Assembly: GCA_963841095.1 (NCBI GenBank)
Contig: CAWJBE010000002.1
Span: 2,278-66,277, forward strand
DNA: 64,000 nucleotides
Direction of reading: 5' to 3'
Source: an uncultured Acidobacteriaceae bacterium
GTDB taxonomy: Bacteria > Acidobacteriota > Terriglobia > Terriglobales > Acidobacteriaceae
The translations under genes were made by a program, and so were the position numbers. Positions 60,845-64,000 of the stretch are shown here, in pieces. Numbering within the stretch: the first letter of the stretch is position 1; each line of letters starts with the position of its first letter. The notes beneath the pieces were generated by a model. The model ran no database searches, was not told the DNA's origin, and saw only the letters and a program-made list of their open reading frames with translations.

Positions 60845-61166
60845 GGGTGCCCCACCCTCGCCGCGTCTTTGTCTTTGCGGCCAGGGTGGGTTTTCTCGCT
60901 GACTCACCCACTTTTTTGGGTGCCCCATTCTAGCCGCGCTCTTTGCGGCTAGGGTGGGTTTTCTCGCTGACTCGCTCACTTTTTTGGGTGCCCCATTCTA
61001 GCCGCGCTCTTTGCGGCCAGGGTGGGTTTTCTCGCTGACTCACCCACTTTTTTGGGTGCCCCATTCTAGCCGCGCTCTTTGCGGCTAGGGTGGGGTATCT
61101 CGCCGACTCACTAACTTTCTGGGTGCCCCACCCTCGCCGCGTCTTTGTCTTTGCGGCCAGGGTGGG
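60845..61166. repeat. Array of five REP-like palindromic units
   Basis: GGGTGCCCCA starts at 60845, 60918, 60986, 61054, 61121 (periods 73, 68, 68, 67); each unit has a ccgc...gcgg hairpin ending in AGGGTGGG; linkers nearly identical. Confidence 0.9.
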
Positions 61167-61195
61167 GGCCGGGCTAACAGCCAAAAGCTGTCTTC

Positions 61196-61807
61196 CTAAA
61201 GAACTCCCACGCTCTCCAGTTCCCTCCGCAGCGACTCGGCTCCCGTAAACCGGATCGCCCTGATCCCCACAGCCAACGCGCCGGCCACATTCTCTTCCCG
61301 GTCGTCGATAAACAGCGTCCGGTACGGCTTGCTGCCTAGAATGTCCAGCGCCCGCCGGTACATCGCCGGCTCCGGCTTGCGCAAACCTACATAACACGAG
61401 CTCAACGCGACCCTTAAATAGCGCCGCAGTTCAAACTTGCCAAGGCGAAAATCGTTTGTCTCCCGCGCCTCGTTGTTCAGCGCGCCCAGCATATAGTGCT
61501 TCGATGCCGAAAGCGTCGCAACAATTTTGAGTGCTCCATCCGGCAGCACTTGCGACTGAGCCAGCATGAAGTCAAAGAATTCGTCGCGCGTAAAACTGCG
61601 TGGTTCATAAAACACGGCTGCCTGCAGGTACTGGTCGCGATCGATCTCTCCTCGTTCCCATGCCTCCATCACTGCCGCGTGCCTGGTCTCGAGCTCCTGC
61701 GCGTCCAGTTGAAAGTGCTCCGCTGCAGCCGCTCGCTCCAGGCGGTCCCATCCGTTCGTCAACAGGACTCCGCCTACATCAAACAGGATCACGTCGAAGG
61801 GGGACAT
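61196..61807 (-). CDS. HAD-family phosphatase
   Basis: FDVGGVL motif I, LNNE, KP, FIDD. Confidence 0.92.
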   Translation of the reverse strand: MSPFDVILFDVGGVLLTNGWDRLERAAAAEHFQLDAQELETRHAAVMEAWERGEIDRDQYLQAAVFYEPRSFTRDEFFDFMLAQSQVLPDGALKIVATLSASKHYMLGALNNEARETNDFRLGKFELRRYLRVALSSCYVGLRKPEPAMYRRALDILGSKPYRTLFIDDREENVAGALAVGIRAIRFTGAESLRRELESVGVL

Positions 61808-62000
61808 CGGCGTCTCTTTCCCGCGCAGTGCGCGTTCGGTCTCAAAGAATCAACAGGGATAACCAATGGCAGCACGGCACGTGCGGGGGTTCGGAGATTC
61901 GCCGGCTCAGAAACGTCGAAAATTCAATTCACACTTCACGGAAATGCATCTGGATTTCAAGCTGATGAAAACGCAAAATCATCGGGCCGGAGCCGTCCTG

Positions 62001-62483
62001 CTACGCCGGTTTCGCTCCGCCATCTCCGCCCATATACCTGGCTTCGATCGCCCGCACCTTTTTGAACCGCCGCTCAAACCGGCCCTCTTGCGCCTGAAAC
62101 TTCGCCCCGATAAACGCATGCGCCAGCTCGAAGGCCAGCGCCGAGCCGATGATCCGCGCCCCCAGCACCAGAACGTTCATGTCGTCGTGCTCCACGCCCT
62201 GGTGTGCCGAGTAGGTATCGTGGCAGATCCCCGCGCGAATTCCGGGGATCTTGTTTGCCGCCACGCATACGCCAACGCCAGAGCCGCAAATTAGAATTCC
62301 GCGCGGCGCAACGCCCGCCTTGATGGCCTCGCCCACCTTTTCGGCGAAGTCGGGATAGTCGTCCTCAGGTTCGTACGTGCACGCCCCCAGATCGACGACC
62401 TCATGACCCGCCGCAGCCAGGTTCGCGCGCATCTCTTCCTTCAGCGCAAACCCCGCATGATCCGAACTGATAACGAGCTTCAA
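62001..62483 (-). CDS. rpiB: Ribose-5-phosphate isomerase B
   Basis: SDHAGF, DDYPD, ICGSGVG...ANK, EHDDMNVL. Confidence 0.93.
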   Translation of the reverse strand: MKLVISSDHAGFALKEEMRANLAAAGHEVVDLGACTYEPEDDYPDFAEKVGEAIKAGVAPRGILICGSGVGVCVAANKIPGIRAGICHDTYSAHQGVEHDDMNVLVLGARIIGSALAFELAHAFIGAKFQAQEGRFERRFKKVRAIEARYMGGDGGAKPA

Positions 62484-62504
62484 CGACGTGTTCCTTTCAG
62501 AACA

Positions 62505-62615
62505 GTGGTCCGTGATCAGATGTCAGTGGTCAATTTCCATAGCGAGTGAGCTTTGGGGCCCAAGACTCCAGCTCACTAAAAAACTGATCACTGAGCACTG
62601 CCCACTGATCACTGC
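62505..62615. repeat. Intergenic nested inverted repeats with cactgat-type heptamers
   Basis: gtgatcag/ctgatcac and agtgagct/agctcact arm pairs between tkt and rpiB. Confidence 0.45.
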
Positions 62616-64000
62616 TTCATCAGCTTCTTCGCCCTTCCCGCCACATTCTCAGCCGTAAATCCCAGCTCCGACATCGCGATCTTTCCCGGAGCCGACGCAC
62701 CAAATCGATCCAGCCCGATCACATCGCCGCCCGTGCCCACATACTTCCACCAGCCCAGCGTCGCCCCCGCTTCAACCGCCAGCTTGGGAACCCCTGCCGG
62801 CAGCACGCTCGTCTTATACTCGGCCGATTGCTCCTCAAACAGCTTCCAGCTCGGCATGCTCACCACGCGCGCGCGAATTCCCTCGCCGGCCAGCAGCTTC
62901 GCCGCATCACGGATCAGCGGAACCTCCGATCCCGTCCCGATCAGCACCACCTGCGGATTCGCCGCGTCGTCCAGCACGTACGCGCCCTTGCCCACGCTCG
63001 CATAAAAGTCGCGCGAGTTCGGGTCGATCACCGGCACATCCTGCCGCGTCAGCGCGAAAAAGCACGGACCCTTGCGCTCCAGCGCCAGCCGCCACGCCGC
63101 CGCCGTTTCGTTCGCATCCGCCGGACGGAAATCCGTCATATGCGGAACTGCGCGCAGCGCCATCAGATGCTCAATTGGCTCGTGCGTCGGTCCATCCTCG
63201 CCAACGCCAATCGAGTCGTGCGTAAAAACAAATGTAGACGGCGATTCCATCAGCGCCGCAATGCGCAGCGCCGGCTTCGCGTAGTCCGAAAACACAAAGA
63301 ACGTTGACCCGAATGGCCTCAATCCTCCGTGCACCGCCATTCCGTTTACCGCGGCACACATTCCCAGCTCGCGCACGCCAAAGAAAACATTGCGTCCCGC
63401 GGGATCGTCCGCAAAATGCGCGCTCGCCTTGAAGATCGTCTTCGTCGACGCCGTCAAATCCGCTGCGCCGCCAAAAAGCTCCGGCACAGCGTCGTAGATC
63501 GCGTTCATCACCGTCTGCCCTGCATTGCGCGTGGCCACCGGCTTTTCCATCGGGAAACTGGGAATCGCCTTCTCCCATCCCGCCTTCAAGTTGCCCGCCT
63601 GCGTGCGCTCAAACTCCGCCGCCAGCTCGGGAAACGCCGCCTTGTATCCCGCGAACAGCTTGTTCCAATCCGCTTCCTGGCCTGCGCCGAGCTTCACCGC
63701 CTCGCGCCAGTTCGCCAGTGCATCCTCCGGCACATAAAAGCTCTGGTCCTCCGGGAATCCAAAGAACTTCTTCGTCGCCGCCGTATTTTCTGCACTCATC
63801 GCCTCGCCGTGCACCTTATTGGTGCCGGCAAGCGGGCTGCCGTATCCAATCACTGTGCGCACCGCGATCAGCGACGGCTTGTCCGTCACTTTTTGCGCAT
63901 TCGCAATGGCCGCTTCAATCCCGTCCAGGTCGTTGCCGTCCATCACCCGCTGCACATGCCAGTGGTAGGCTTCAAAGCGCTCGTACACATTCTCCGTAAA
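62609..64000 (-). CDS. tkt: Transketolase (5'-partial, continues beyond window)
   Basis: HGEAM, ATRNAG, ADLTAS, FGVRE, FFVFSDY, THDSIGVGEDGPTH, FGASAP. Confidence 0.97.
   Translation of the reverse strand, partial: FTENVYERFEAYHWHVQRVMDGNDLDGIEAAIANAQKVTDKPSLIAVRTVIGYGSPLAGTNKVHGEAMSAENTAATKKFFGFPEDQSFYVPEDALANWREAVKLGAGQEADWNKLFAGYKAAFPELAAEFERTQAGNLKAGWEKAIPSFPMEKPVATRNAGQTVMNAIYDAVPELFGGAADLTASTKTIFKASAHFADDPAGRNVFFGVRELGMCAAVNGMAVHGGLRPFGSTFFVFSDYAKPALRIAALMESPSTFVFTHDSIGVGEDGPTHEPIEHLMALRAVPHMTDFRPADANETAAAWRLALERKGPCFFALTRQDVPVIDPNSRDFYASVGKGAYVLDDAANPQVVLIGTGSEVPLIRDAAKLLAGEGIRARVVSMPSWKLFEEQSAEYKTSVLPAGVPKLAVEAGATLGWWKYVGTGGDVIGLDRFGASAPGKIAMSELGFTAENVAGRAKKLMKQ

Noticed and set aside
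60845-61166. CRISPR array
   Set aside because: The intervening sequences are nearly identical rather than unique spacers, the units vary internally, and there are no cas genes in the window.

Overview
GC-rich bacterial DNA whose gene content (Oar-type TonB receptor, Ig-repeat surface protein, DUF5715, REP-like repeats) points to Acidobacteriota (inference). It has four parts. (1) 1-1900: the right end of an integrative element (Zn-finger ORF coupled to a tyrosine integrase) abutting tRNA-Arg(TCT). (2) About 3050-28816: a ~25.8 kb island with no integrase, bounded by the tRNA-His(GTG) 3' end and a degenerate copy of it (20/24 nt) beside yheT. It carries a stress/membrane cluster (2x Crp/Fnr, CsbD, USP, NRAMP, an unannotated metallothionein, MlaFED with an MCE-OmpA fusion, OmpA, a B12 radical SAM enzyme, PLC, GMC oxidase, aquaporin, glucose dehydrogenase, gnd, a zwf remnant) plus a captured yheT fragment and an IS630 scrap. 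(3) About 29600-49960, after tRNA-Pro(TGG) and an IS481 scrap: a PUL-like carbohydrate locus (URO-D-family protein, Tat-exported putative GH, GH79, GntR, TBDR, membrane-anchored regulator, GH106-like), a type IV TA pair, an Ig-repeat protein with an internal C-terminal lipobox, and a second GntR. (4) About 50-64 kb: mostly housekeeping genes (yraN, PAS chemoreceptor, aminotransferase, cysS, a TA pair, YIP1, DUF5715, gnd, HAD, rpiB, tkt) with a MITE-like element and a REP array. Scattered single-base frameshifts, including one in cysS, look like read/assembly errors. All family calls are from motif recognition; no database search was run.
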